NCBI GenBank assembly: GCA_964587605.1
Contig: CAZPNN010000436.1
Span: 1-38,041, forward strand
Length of the DNA: 38,041 bases
Reading direction: 5' to 3'
Source of the DNA: an uncultured Chromatiaceae bacterium
Lineage (GTDB): Bacteria > Pseudomonadota > Gammaproteobacteria > Steroidobacterales > GCA-2729495
In this document: piece by piece, positions 17,981 through 26,942 of the stretch
Position numbering within the stretch: position 1 is the first letter of the stretch
How the letters are laid out: each line of letters begins with the position of its first letter
Notes under the pieces: generated by a model
What the model was told of the DNA's origin: nothing
Database searches by the model: none
The model's input: only the letters and a program-made list of their open reading frames with translations
Program-made: the position numbers and the translations under genes

Positions 17981-18008
17981 AGGTCCGGTACCTTTTTAGA
18001 GGAATGAC

Positions 18009-19235
18009 ATGACGACCCAGAAGAACAGCGCCTCACCGATCATCCTCGGCTTCTCGGGCGGGCTCGACACGTCCTTTTGTGTGCCCTGGCTGAAGGAGCA
18101 CTACGGGCGGCCGATCGTCACCGTGACGATCAACACGGGGGGCATCGACGCCGAGGCCGAGAAGGACCTGGAGCGCCGGTCAAAGGCGCTCGGCGCCATC
18201 GAGCACGTGCTGGTGGAGGCCCGCTCCGTGTTCTTCGAGCGGGTGCTGAAGTACCTGATCTTTGGCAACGTCCGGCGTGGCCACCTGTACCCGCTGTGCG
18301 TGGGCGCCGAGCGCGGCATCCAGGCAACATTACTCGCCGAACTGGCCCGCGCGAGGGGCAGCCAGACCGTGGCCCACGGCTGCACGGCCGCCGGCAACGA
18401 CCAGGTGCGCTTCGAAATCGCGCTGCGGACGATCGCCCCGGGACTCGAAGTGCTGGCGCCCGTTCGCGACCAGGGCTTCATCCGGACCGAGCAGCAGACC
18501 TACCTGGAACAGCACGGCTTCCCCGTGCCGGCGAAGGGCTCTGCGTATTCCATTAATCGTGGCCTGTGGGGCGTGACGATCGGCGGTCGGGAAACGCTGG
18601 ACTCGAAGGAGTCCATTCCGGAAGACGCCTGGGTGTTGTCCGCCAGTGCCTTCGACAAGCCGCGGCCAGCCGCACGGCACACGATCAGCTTCACGCAGGG
18701 CGTGCCAACCGCGCTCGACGGCAAGGCCATGGACCCGGTGACACTCATTGAAACGCTGGAAACGGTTGCCGGCCCCTACGGCATCGGCCGCGGCATCCAC
18801 GTTGGCGACACGGTGCTCGGCACCAAGGGCCGGGTGGCCTTCGAGGCGCCGGCGGCCGACATCCTGCTGACCGCACACCGCGAACTCGAGAAGCTCGTAC
18901 TCTCCGGCCCGCAGCAGCGGATCAAGGACCAGGTCGCCACCCAGTACGGCGACTTCATCCACGAGGGCAAGCAGCTCGACCCGGTGTGCCGGGATATCGA
19001 GGCCCTGCTCAGCTCGGCACAGCAGCGGGTGACCGGCGACGTGAAGATCGTGCTCCGGCCCGGCAACCTGTTCATCGAAGGCGCGCTCTCGCCGCACTCG
19101 CTGTTGGCGGCGACGAAGGGTGTCTACGGCGAGAAGGCCGGCGAGTGGACGCCCGCCGATGCGCTGGGATTCTCCCGGATCCTCTCCCTGCCCGGCACGC
19201 TGCAGACGCGGGCCGCGGGCGGCAAGCCGCAATAA
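18009..19235 (+). CDS. argG: Argininosuccinate synthase
   Basis: N-terminal PP-loop ILGFSGGLDTS. Length 408 aa, colinear with ArgG. Confidence 0.9.
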   Translation: MTTQKNSASPIILGFSGGLDTSFCVPWLKEHYGRPIVTVTINTGGIDAEAEKDLERRSKALGAIEHVLVEARSVFFERVLKYLIFGNVRRGHLYPLCVGAERGIQATLLAELARARGSQTVAHGCTAAGNDQVRFEIALRTIAPGLEVLAPVRDQGFIRTEQQTYLEQHGFPVPAKGSAYSINRGLWGVTIGGRETLDSKESIPEDAWVLSASAFDKPRPAARHTISFTQGVPTALDGKAMDPVTLIETLETVAGPYGIGRGIHVGDTVLGTKGRVAFEAPAADILLTAHRELEKLVLSGPQQRIKDQVATQYGDFIHEGKQLDPVCRDIEALLSSAQQRVTGDVKIVLRPGNLFIEGALSPHSLLAATKGVYGEKAGEWTPADALGFSRILSLPGTLQTRAAGGKPQ

Positions 19236-19261
19236 CGGCCCGGTAACGTACCAGGAATGCC

Positions 19262-20317
19262 ATGAAAACCATTATCGCCGACAAGATCGCCTCCGTTGCC
19301 CAGCACCTGAATCTCAAGCGGGAGCTGCGCGTGAGCGCGGAGCTGCCCTGCGAGGAGGGCGTGCTGATCGCCGCCGAGGTGCTAAATAACAAGAGCAACT
19401 ACAACCAGCTGGAGCTCACCAGCGGGCGCATGGCCGTGGTCAAGAAGGGCGACATCGTGGTCGGCGCGCTCGGCCACCGGAAGGCGCTGTTCGGCTACTC
19501 CGGCCACATTCCCGGGACGCTCGCCGTCGGCGACACGCTTCAGCTGCTGAACATGGGTGGCGTCATCGGCGTTTGCGACTCGATCAATGCCAGCTTCGGC
19601 CAGCCCTTCGATGTGCGCGTGCTCGGCACCGTGCTCGACTTCCCCTTCCTCGGCGAGCGCATCGGCGTGCCGGCACGGGTCGGCATGGAGAAGCTTGTTG
19701 TTGACCCACCCCTGGATACGCGGGGCGTGCCGGTCGTGGCCATCGCGGGGACGTGCATGAACTCGGGCAAGACGGCGGCGGCCTGTGCCATCGTCAGCCG
19801 GCTGCGGCACCACGGGCACACGGTCGATGTCTTCAAGGCCACTGGCGTGGCGCTCCGCCGGGACATCCTCGCCATGGAGGACGCCGGAGCACGGTCGTCG
19901 CTGATCTTTTCCGACTTCGGCGTGGTCTGCACGACGGGCAAGAACGGTCCCGCGGTCACCCGCATGATGCTGACCAGGCTCGCCGCCCAGAAACCGGACG
20001 TGATCGTCTACGAACTCGGCGATGGCATTCTCGGCGCCTACGGTGTGGAGGCCATCCTGCGTGACGAAGGGATAAGGGCCTCCCTTCACTGCCTTGTGCT
20101 GTGCGCCAATGATCCGGTTGCCGCCTGGGGTGGCGTGAAACTGTTGCGGGAGGATTTCGGCATCGAGCCTGCCATCGTCACGGGGCCGGCCACCGACAAC
20201 GACGTGGGCAAGGAGATCATCGTCCAGCGCATGGGCGTGAAGGCGATCAACGCGGTCACCGAGTCCATGCAGATCGGCGACGCCGTCGCCTCGCACCTTA
20301 AGCTTAAGCTGGCATGA
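19262..20317 (+). CDS. Uncharacterised protein with a DTBS/CobQ-like P-loop domain, embedded in the arg operon
   Basis: 351-aa ORF with protein-like composition; the antisense ORF is Arg-rich junk. Walker A-like GTCMNSGKT (aa 163-171), Walker B-like DVIVYELGDG (aa 246-255), and an unrecognised beta-rich N-terminal ~150 aa. The stop overlaps the argC start (ATGA). Confidence 0.7.
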   Translation: MKTIIADKIASVAQHLNLKRELRVSAELPCEEGVLIAAEVLNNKSNYNQLELTSGRMAVVKKGDIVVGALGHRKALFGYSGHIPGTLAVGDTLQLLNMGGVIGVCDSINASFGQPFDVRVLGTVLDFPFLGERIGVPARVGMEKLVVDPPLDTRGVPVVAIAGTCMNSGKTAAACAIVSRLRHHGHTVDVFKATGVALRRDILAMEDAGARSSLIFSDFGVVCTTGKNGPAVTRMMLTRLAAQKPDVIVYELGDGILGAYGVEAILRDEGIRASLHCLVLCANDPVAAWGGVKLLREDFGIEPAIVTGPATDNDVGKEIIVQRMGVKAINAVTESMQIGDAVASHLKLKLA

Positions 20318-21372
20318 GCACCCGGGTTCCGGCCCTGATCGTTGGCGGCACGGGCTACGTGGCGGGCGAGCTGCTGCGGCTCGTTGCGCAGCACCCGCAT
20401 CTGGAGCTCCGTGGCGTCTCGTCGGAGAGCCAGGCTGGCACGAAGGTGAGTGCGGCCTTTACGCACCTGGCCCCGGTTGTTCACGAGCTCGCCTTCATCA
20501 CCCAGGCTGAACTGGCCACGAAGTTCAGCGGGCCGAAAGTCGCACTGTTCTGCGCTGCGCCTCACGTGGTTAGCGCCGGGGTGGTTGCCACGCTGCTGAA
20601 GGCCGCGTCGACGGCCGGCAGCCAGGCGGTGGTTGTGGACGTCTCGTCGGATTTTCGCTTCCGGAACGCGGCGGACTTTGAGGCCGTCTACAAGGAGCCG
20701 CACGGCGCACCGGAGTTGCTGCCGGATTTCGTCTGCGCAATGCCCGAGCACATTTCCGGCATTCCCGCCCTCCATGTCGGTCACCCGGGCTGCTTCGCCA
20801 CGGCCATGCTCGCCGGCCTCGTGCCGCTTTCGAAGCTCGGCCTGAACGACGGACCTGTCTATGCCGTGGGAATTACCGGCAGCACTGGCGCCGGGCGCTC
20901 GCCGATCGCCACGACCCATCACCCGGAGCGGCACTCGAACCTCTTCGCGTACAACCCGCTGAAGCACCGGCACGCCCCGGAAGTGGTGCAGATCTGCAAG
21001 CAGCTGACGGGCGTGGCGCCGGAACTCAACTTTGTCCCGCACTCAGGTCCGTTTGCCCGCGGCATCCACATGACCCTGCAGTGCCGGCTCGCAAGACCGC
21101 AGACCGCAGACCAGCTTCGGGAAGCCTTCGCCAACTTCTACGCCGGCCACGAATTCGTGCGGGTCGTGGACGGCACGCCACGCGTGAAAGATGTCGTCGG
21201 CAGCAACTACTGCCACATCGGCGTTTCGGCATCCGGCCAGAGCGCCGTGGTGCTGGTGGCCATCGACAACCTGGTGAAGGGCGCCGCCGGCGGCGCCGTG
21301 CAATGGATGAACCGGCTGCTCGGAATGCCGGAGTCGGCGGGGCTCAGCGCCCCGGCGATCGGCTGGATATAG
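20314..21372 (+). CDS. argC: N-acetyl-gamma-glutamyl-phosphate reductase
   Basis: N-terminal Rossmann motif IVGGTGYVAGELLRL and active-site Cys context HPGCFATA. Confidence 0.9.
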   Translation: MSTRVPALIVGGTGYVAGELLRLVAQHPHLELRGVSSESQAGTKVSAAFTHLAPVVHELAFITQAELATKFSGPKVALFCAAPHVVSAGVVATLLKAASTAGSQAVVVDVSSDFRFRNAADFEAVYKEPHGAPELLPDFVCAMPEHISGIPALHVGHPGCFATAMLAGLVPLSKLGLNDGPVYAVGITGSTGAGRSPIATTHHPERHSNLFAYNPLKHRHAPEVVQICKQLTGVAPELNFVPHSGPFARGIHMTLQCRLARPQTADQLREAFANFYAGHEFVRVVDGTPRVKDVVGSNYCHIGVSASGQSAVVLVAIDNLVKGAAGGAVQWMNRLLGMPESAGLSAPAIGWI

Positions 21373-21388
21373 GCAGAGGGGCAAGGGC

Positions 21389-22543
21389 ATGACGACGACA
21401 TCCCGACAGGCTGAGGCGCGCCACCTGCTGCAGGTCTACGGCCAGCTGCCGCTGGAAGTCACATCGGCCGAAGGCGTGTACCTGCACGCGGGCAAGCGCC
21501 GCATTATTGACCTCTACGGCGGCCACGCCGTGGCGGCGCTGGGCTATGCGCACCCCGATCTGCTGGCGGCTCTGACGGCGCAGGCAAAGACCATGTACTT
21601 TCAGAGCAATGCCGTGGCGCTCGACGTCCGGGCGAAGGCGGGCGACGCGCTTGCCGCGTTCGCTCCCGCCGGGCTCAATCGCGTGTTCTTCGTCAACAGC
21701 GGCGCCGAGGCCAACGAGAACGCCTTGCGCGTGGCTTGCCGGGCCACCGGCCGGTCCCGGATCCTGGCCATCGAACACGGCTTCCACGGCCGGACGGCCG
21801 CCGCCGCCGCCGTGACCTGGGGCGCGGCAAAAGGCTGGTACGGTTTTCCGCGTACCCCGTTTGACGTGGATTTCATCCCGCGGGATGACGTGGCCAGCGC
21901 CGAGGCAATGATCAACGGCGAGACCGCCGCAGTCATCATCGAGCTCGTGCAGGGGCTCGCCGGTGCATACGACCTGGACACTGGTTTCGTACTGACCGTC
22001 GCCGAGGCTTGTCGCCGGGCCGGCGCACTCCTGATCATCGACGAAGTCCAGAGCGGCGTCGGACGCACCGGGGCGCCGTTTGCCGCCGATCTCTACGGGA
22101 TCAGGCCCGACATGCTGACCACCGCCAAGGCGCTGGGCGGCGGCTTTCCGTGCAGCGCGCTCCTGATGACGGAAGCGCTCGCGGGCACGCTGAAGTCCGG
22201 CGATCTCGGCACCACCTTCGGGGGCGGCCCGATGGCCTGCGCTCTGGTGAGTACCGTCATCGAGGTGATCCGGCGGGACCGGCTGATGGACAACGTCAAA
22301 GCCTTGTCCGCGGCGATCCGCAAAAGCGCGCTCGTGGGACCGGTGGAAGGCATCCAGGGTCGCGGCTTCCTGCTCGGGCTGCGCTGCCGTGGGCCGGCCC
22401 GGGATGTGCAGGCTGCACTTCTGGAACGGGACGTACTGGTTGGCACCAGCTCGGACCCGAAGGTCATCCGGCTGCTGCCGCCACTGACACTTGAGCAGCA
22501 GCATGTGGATAAACTTGTCAACGCGCTTTCTGATATCGGGTAA
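21389..22543 (+). CDS. argD: Acetylornithine aminotransferase (class III PLP aminotransferase)
   Basis: Motifs GGHAVAALGYAHP, LLIIDEVQSGVGRTG and TTAKALGGGFP (PLP Lys). Confidence 0.85.
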   Translation: MTTTSRQAEARHLLQVYGQLPLEVTSAEGVYLHAGKRRIIDLYGGHAVAALGYAHPDLLAALTAQAKTMYFQSNAVALDVRAKAGDALAAFAPAGLNRVFFVNSGAEANENALRVACRATGRSRILAIEHGFHGRTAAAAAVTWGAAKGWYGFPRTPFDVDFIPRDDVASAEAMINGETAAVIIELVQGLAGAYDLDTGFVLTVAEACRRAGALLIIDEVQSGVGRTGAPFAADLYGIRPDMLTTAKALGGGFPCSALLMTEALAGTLKSGDLGTTFGGGPMACALVSTVIEVIRRDRLMDNVKALSAAIRKSALVGPVEGIQGRGFLLGLRCRGPARDVQAALLERDVLVGTSSDPKVIRLLPPLTLEQQHVDKLVNALSDIG

Positions 22544-22568
22544 GCAAGGAACCAGCCAAGGAACCAAC

Positions 22569-23582
22569 ATGGGACTCAAACTTTTCAACGACCTCGCCGA
22601 CTTCAGCATTGCGGACGTGGAGGCAATGCTGGCGCTGGCACGCCGACTGCAGAGCAAACCGGAGCCCCGCGCCCTCGAAGGCAAGGTGCTCGCCCTGCTG
22701 TTCCTGAGTCCGTCCCTGCGCACGCTGTCGTCATTCCAGGCGGCGATGGTGCGGCTCGGCGGCGGCTCGTTCGTGATCTCGCCCGACATGTCCATCCACG
22801 GTCTCGAATCCCGCTCCGGAATCGTGATGGACGGCATGGCAGCCGAGCACCTGCGCGAGGCGATTCCGGTGATCAGCTCCTACGGCGATGCGCTGGGCAT
22901 CCGCGCGTTCGCCAACCGGGAAAAGCTGGAAACCGACCTCGCTGACACCGAGTTTCTGGCGATGCGCGAGCTGGCCAGCGTGCCCCTGATCAACATGGAA
23001 TCCGCCATCCAGCACCCCTGCCAGAGCCTTGCCGACTGGAAGACGATGGACGAACTGAAAGTGCCGAAGAAGGGTGGCAAGTTCGTGCTGTCCTGGTCCT
23101 GGCACCCGAAGGCCTTGCCGCTGGCCGTGCCTTCCGCAACCCTGCACATGGCCGCCATGCGCGGCATGGACGTCACCGTCGTCCGGCCCGACGGCTTCGA
23201 GCTGCCGCCGTCCATCATGGACAAGGCGCGGAAGGCGGCCAGCCTTTCGGGCGGTTCCGTGCGCGAGACCAATAACCGGGCCGAAGCCTATGCAGGTGCG
23301 CACGTGATCTACGCCAAGGAATGGTCGTCGACCAGGCACTACGGCGATCGTGTGGCCGACCAGAAACTGCGCGAACCGCTGCAGGACTGGATCGTGGACG
23401 AACCGACCTTCGCCACCGCCGACCCGTCGGCGCGCCTGATGCACTGCCTGCCGGTGCGGCGGGGCGTGGCGGTCACGGATCGCGTGCTCGACGGCCCACG
23501 CAGCGTGGTGATCCACGAGGCGCAAAACCGCATGTGGGGCCAGATGGCCGTGGTTTACCAGATGATGGGTCCGGGAGCCTGA
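22569..23582 (+). CDS. argF': N-acetylornithine carbamoyltransferase-type transcarbamylase (ArgF')
   Basis: Colinear with my recollection of Xanthomonas AOTCase: INMES..HPCQ, SWSWHPKALPLAV and HCLPVRRGVAVTD. ATG 22569 has an AAGGA RBS; the ORF-track start at 22491 overlaps argD. Confidence 0.8.
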   Translation: MGLKLFNDLADFSIADVEAMLALARRLQSKPEPRALEGKVLALLFLSPSLRTLSSFQAAMVRLGGGSFVISPDMSIHGLESRSGIVMDGMAAEHLREAIPVISSYGDALGIRAFANREKLETDLADTEFLAMRELASVPLINMESAIQHPCQSLADWKTMDELKVPKKGGKFVLSWSWHPKALPLAVPSATLHMAAMRGMDVTVVRPDGFELPPSIMDKARKAASLSGGSVRETNNRAEAYAGAHVIYAKEWSSTRHYGDRVADQKLREPLQDWIVDEPTFATADPSARLMHCLPVRRGVAVTDRVLDGPRSVVIHEAQNRMWGQMAVVYQMMGPGA

Positions 23583-23586
23583 CACC

Positions 23587-24519
23587 ATGCAAAGTCACGA
23601 TAGGGATGTCGTCGTATCGGCCCTCAAGCACGCGGCGCCATACATCCGGCTCTACAAGAAAAAGATTTTCGTCCTCAAGGCAGGCGGGGAAGTCTTCGCC
23701 TCCGACGAGGCCACGGCGCATCTGCTGGAGCAGGTGGCGCTGCTGCACCAGGTGGGCGTCCGCGTGGTGCTCGTGCACGGGGGCGGCCCACAGTTGACAG
23801 AACTGGCCGAGGCACTCGGTGTACCCACCCGGATGGTCGGCGGCCGGCGCGTGACCGACAAGCAGACCCTCGACGTCACGACGATGGTCCTGAACGGCAA
23901 GGTCAACACGCGAATACTTGCCGCCTGCCGCGACCTGCACTTGCCGGCCGTGGGCATCAGCGGCATCGATGCCGGGCTGATCAGGGCTCTCAAGCGCCCG
24001 CCAGTCGAGGTCGAGGGTCATGACGGCGGCCCGGTGGACTTCGGCTTCGTCGGCGACATCGTCGGCGTGGACACGGACGTGATCCGGGCCCAGCTCGACA
24101 ACGGCATGGTGCCGGTCGTCAGCCCGCTCTCGGCCGACGACAAGGGCACGGTGCTGAATATCAACGCCGACACCGTCGCAGCCGCACTCGCCACGGCGCT
24201 CGGCGCCTCCAAGCTGATTATCACGATGGGTGCGCCGGGCATCCTCGAGGACCGGCACGACCCGTCGTCACTCGTGTCCTACCTGGACCTGGAGGATCTG
24301 CAGGAGCTGCGCGCGAACGGCTCACTGGCCGAGGGAATGCTGCCGAAGGCGCGGGCCATCGAGGCGGCGATCAAGGGCGGCGTGCCGCGCGTGCATCTGA
24401 TCTCGTACAAGATTCCCGACAGCCTGCTGCTGGAGATCTTCACCAACGAAGGCACCGGTACGCTGGTTGTCAACGACACGGACACGTTGACGCCGGAAGA
24501 ACAGGAAGCTGGTGCCTGA
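23587..24519 (+). CDS. argB: Acetylglutamate kinase (kinase only, no GNAT domain)
   Basis: Motifs FVLKAGGEV, VLVHGGGPQ and NINADTVA. Length 310 aa. Confidence 0.9.
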   Translation: MQSHDRDVVVSALKHAAPYIRLYKKKIFVLKAGGEVFASDEATAHLLEQVALLHQVGVRVVLVHGGGPQLTELAEALGVPTRMVGGRRVTDKQTLDVTTMVLNGKVNTRILAACRDLHLPAVGISGIDAGLIRALKRPPVEVEGHDGGPVDFGFVGDIVGVDTDVIRAQLDNGMVPVVSPLSADDKGTVLNINADTVAAALATALGASKLIITMGAPGILEDRHDPSSLVSYLDLEDLQELRANGSLAEGMLPKARAIEAAIKGGVPRVHLISYKIPDSLLLEIFTNEGTGTLVVNDTDTLTPEEQEAGA

Positions 24520-24531
24520 GGGGGCTCCGCC

Positions 24532-25719
24532 ATGAAACGTCTCTGGGACAAGGGCGAACCGCTCGACTCGCGAATCCTCCGCTACACGGCCGGCGAGGAT
24601 CACCTGCTTGACGCGCGACTGGTGTCCTACGATGTCCGCGCCTCGATTGCTCACGCCCAGATGCTGGGCGCGCAGAAGCTGCTGTCCGCCGATGATGTCG
24701 CGCTGATCATCGGCGGACTCGAGTCGCTCGCGGTGTCGCACGCCGCCGGGGAGTGGACAATCAGCCTCGAAGACGAGGACTGTCACACGGCGCTGGAACA
24801 GCACCTCACGCAAATGATCGGCGAAGCCGGCCGGCGCGTGCACCTCGGCCGCTCGCGCAACGACCAGGTCCTGGCCGCCCTGCGCCTGTACCTGCTGGAC
24901 GCCGCTGCTGGCATCGCGGCCGCGGCTTCGGACGTGGCCACAGCACTCGACGAGCTCGCCGCGCGGGAGCAATCAACCGTGCTGCCCGGCTACACCCACA
25001 TGCAGCAGGCCATGCCCAGTTCCGTGCCGTTGTGGGCCGGCGGCTTTGCCGCCGAACTGCGTGATGACGCCGATGGCATCACGGCCAGTCGTCGGCGCCT
25101 CAGCAAGAATCCGCTCGGCAGTGCGGCGGGCTACGGTGTGCCGGGCCTGCCGATCGATCGTGAAGCAACGCGCCGCACGCTGCACTTCGACGCCGTGCAC
25201 GAACCCGTCACCGCGGTGCAGATTTCGCGCGGCAAGGGCGAAGCCGGGCTGGTCTTCGAGTTGTGCCTGCTGACCCAGGACCTGGGCCGGATGGCCGCCG
25301 ACCTCCTGCTGTTCTATACGCAGGAGTTTCGCTTCGTCTCGCTACCGGAATCGATGACGACCGGCTCGTCGATCATGCCCCAGAAGCGCAACCCGGATGT
25401 GCTCGAACTGGTGCGCGGGGCGGCGCCCACCCTGCAGGCGGCACTGGTTGAAATTCTCGCCCTGCCCGCCAAGCTCGGTTCCGGCTACCAGCGCGATCTG
25501 CAGCGGATGAAGTCGCCGCTGTTCCGCGCCATCGACCTCGCCGGTGACTCCGCCCGGGTGATGGCGCACCTGATCCGGGGGCTCAGTTTCCTGCCGGAAA
25601 ACATCCACCTCGACGACTCGATACACGCCGCCGAGCGGGCCAACGCGCTGGTCCTGAAGGAAGGCATCAGCTTCCGGGAGGCGTATCAGCGGGTAGGTGC
25701 AGGGCTAAAGCGCGGATAG
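24532..25719 (+). CDS. argH: Argininosuccinate lyase, C-terminally short
   Basis: Fumarate-lyase signature GSSIMPQKRNPDVLE at aa 278. The protein ends at FREAYQRVGAGLKRG*, which is about 58 aa short of the E. coli ArgH C-terminus measured from the signature. The last 10 codons lie within a 30-bp repeat. Confidence 0.85.
   Translation: MKRLWDKGEPLDSRILRYTAGEDHLLDARLVSYDVRASIAHAQMLGAQKLLSADDVALIIGGLESLAVSHAAGEWTISLEDEDCHTALEQHLTQMIGEAGRRVHLGRSRNDQVLAALRLYLLDAAAGIAAAASDVATALDELAAREQSTVLPGYTHMQQAMPSSVPLWAGGFAAELRDDADGITASRRRLSKNPLGSAAGYGVPGLPIDREATRRTLHFDAVHEPVTAVQISRGKGEAGLVFELCLLTQDLGRMAADLLLFYTQEFRFVSLPESMTTGSSIMPQKRNPDVLELVRGAAPTLQAALVEILALPAKLGSGYQRDLQRMKSPLFRAIDLAGDSARVMAHLIRGLSFLPENIHLDDSIHAAERANALVLKEGISFREAYQRVGAGLKRG
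25687..25716 (+). repeat. 30-bp direct repeat copy A (CAGCGGGTAGGTGCAGGGCTAAAGCGCGGA)
   Basis: Identical at 28 of 30 positions to 26835-26864. It forms the 3' end of argH. Confidence 0.8.
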
Positions 25720-25817
25720 ACAGTTACACAAGGGAAGAGACTCGCAGCCTGCGCGACTCCTGCGCCGCCTTATACTCCTTGACCCATTCCTCCCGACCCG
25801 ACCCGCGAGGCAATCCC

Positions 25818-26807
25818 ATGCAATACACCAAGCTCGGCCGGACTGGCCTGTCTGTTTCCAGGCTGATGCTGGGCACCATGAATTTTGGCGAGTACACGAC
25901 AGAGCCGGATGCCCACCGGATACTCGACCGCGCCCTCGAGCACGGCATCAACTTCGTCGACACAGCCAACATGTACGGCGGTGCCGCCGGCCCAGGCATC
26001 ACCGAGGAGATCATCGGCCGCTGGTTCGCCCGGGGCGATGGTCGGCGCGAGCGCACCGTGCTCGCGACCAAGCTCTACGGCTCGATGAAGGGCTTTGGCC
26101 GCACCGACAACTGGCCAAACACGACACGCCTCTCCGCCGTGAACATCCGGCAGTCCTGCGACGCGTCGCTGCAGCGGCTCCAGACTGACCACATTGACCT
26201 CTACCAGATGCACCACATCGATCGGGAAACACCGTTCGACGAGATCTGGGAGGCCTTCTCTGTGCTGAAGCAACAGGGCAAGGTCACCTACTTCGGGTCA
26301 TCGAACTTCGCGGGCTGGCATCTCGCGCAGGCCCAGGAGTCCGCGCGCAATCGGGGGATGCTCGGCCTGGTGTCCGAGCAGTCCCTTTACAACCTGCGGT
26401 GCCGGACCGTGGAGCTGGAAGTCCTGCCAGCCGCGCGCGCCTTCGGCATCGGACTGATTCCCTGGTCACCCCTGGCTGGCGGTCTGCTCGGGGGCGTCCT
26501 GCGCAAGGCCCGGGAGGGGCGCAGCGCTGGCCCGATGACCACCCGGGGACTGGAGCAGCACGCCGCCACGATTCAGAAGTGGGAGGACCAGTGCGCAGAA
26601 CTGGGCGAGCACCCGGCCGACGTCGCACTCGCCTGGCTGCTGCACCAGCCGGGCGTTACAGCACCGATCATTGGGCCCCGAACCGTGGCCCAGCTCGACG
26701 GCTCGCTGCGCTCCCTGGAAATCACGCTCGGCGGGGATTTCCTCGCGCGCCTCGACGAACTCTTTCCCGGACCTGGCGGTCCCGCGCCGGAGGCCTACGC
26801 CTGGTAG
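25818..26807 (+). CDS. Aldo/keto reductase
   Basis: N-terminus is MQYTKLGRTGLSVSRLMLGTMNFG; also INFVDTANMYG and DLYQMHHID. ATG 25818 has an upstream GCGAGG. Confidence 0.85.
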   Translation: MQYTKLGRTGLSVSRLMLGTMNFGEYTTEPDAHRILDRALEHGINFVDTANMYGGAAGPGITEEIIGRWFARGDGRRERTVLATKLYGSMKGFGRTDNWPNTTRLSAVNIRQSCDASLQRLQTDHIDLYQMHHIDRETPFDEIWEAFSVLKQQGKVTYFGSSNFAGWHLAQAQESARNRGMLGLVSEQSLYNLRCRTVELEVLPAARAFGIGLIPWSPLAGGLLGGVLRKAREGRSAGPMTTRGLEQHAATIQKWEDQCAELGEHPADVALAWLLHQPGVTAPIIGPRTVAQLDGSLRSLEITLGGDFLARLDELFPGPGGPAPEAYAW

Positions 26808-26834
26808 TCGACAGGCAGGACGATCGTCCTGCTT

Positions 26835-26864
26835 CAGCGGGTGGGTGCAGGGCTGAAGCGCGGA
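26835..26864 (+). repeat. 30-bp direct repeat copy B (CAGCGGGTGGGTGCAGGGCTGAAGCGCGGA)
   Basis: Intergenic, 28 nt after the AKR stop. Together with copy A it brackets the AKR gene. Confidence 0.8.
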
Positions 26865-26897
26865 AACCAGGCCGTAGCCGTTCCGCTGCACGAGCCT

Positions 26898-26927
26898 GGC
26901 AAGGCCGGCGCCAGCGCCGGCCTTGCC
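26898..26927 (+). terminator. Strong GC hairpin (14-nt arms GGCAAGGCCGGCGC / GCGCCGGCCTTGCC), possibly a terminator or REP-type structure
   Basis: Perfect inverted repeat seen directly. There is no downstream T-tract, so intrinsic-terminator function is uncertain. Confidence 0.35.
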
Positions 26928-26942
26928 CCGTATAATTCCGCC

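Noticed and set aside
22545-22566. Direct duplication CAAGGAACCA-GC-CAAGGAACCA between argD and argF'
   Set aside because: It is a short duplication containing the AAGGA Shine-Dalgarno sequence. It is most simply an RBS region with no evidence of further function.
26841-26942. N-terminal extension of the lptM-like ORF through the 30-bp repeat and the GC hairpin
   Set aside because: The extension starts at GTG inside the repeat and crosses a 14-bp-stem hairpin. ATG 26943 gives a canonical lipoprotein signal peptide. A TATAAT at 26931-36 only 6 nt upstream hints at a leaderless transcript, but I found no -35 element, so I do not claim it.
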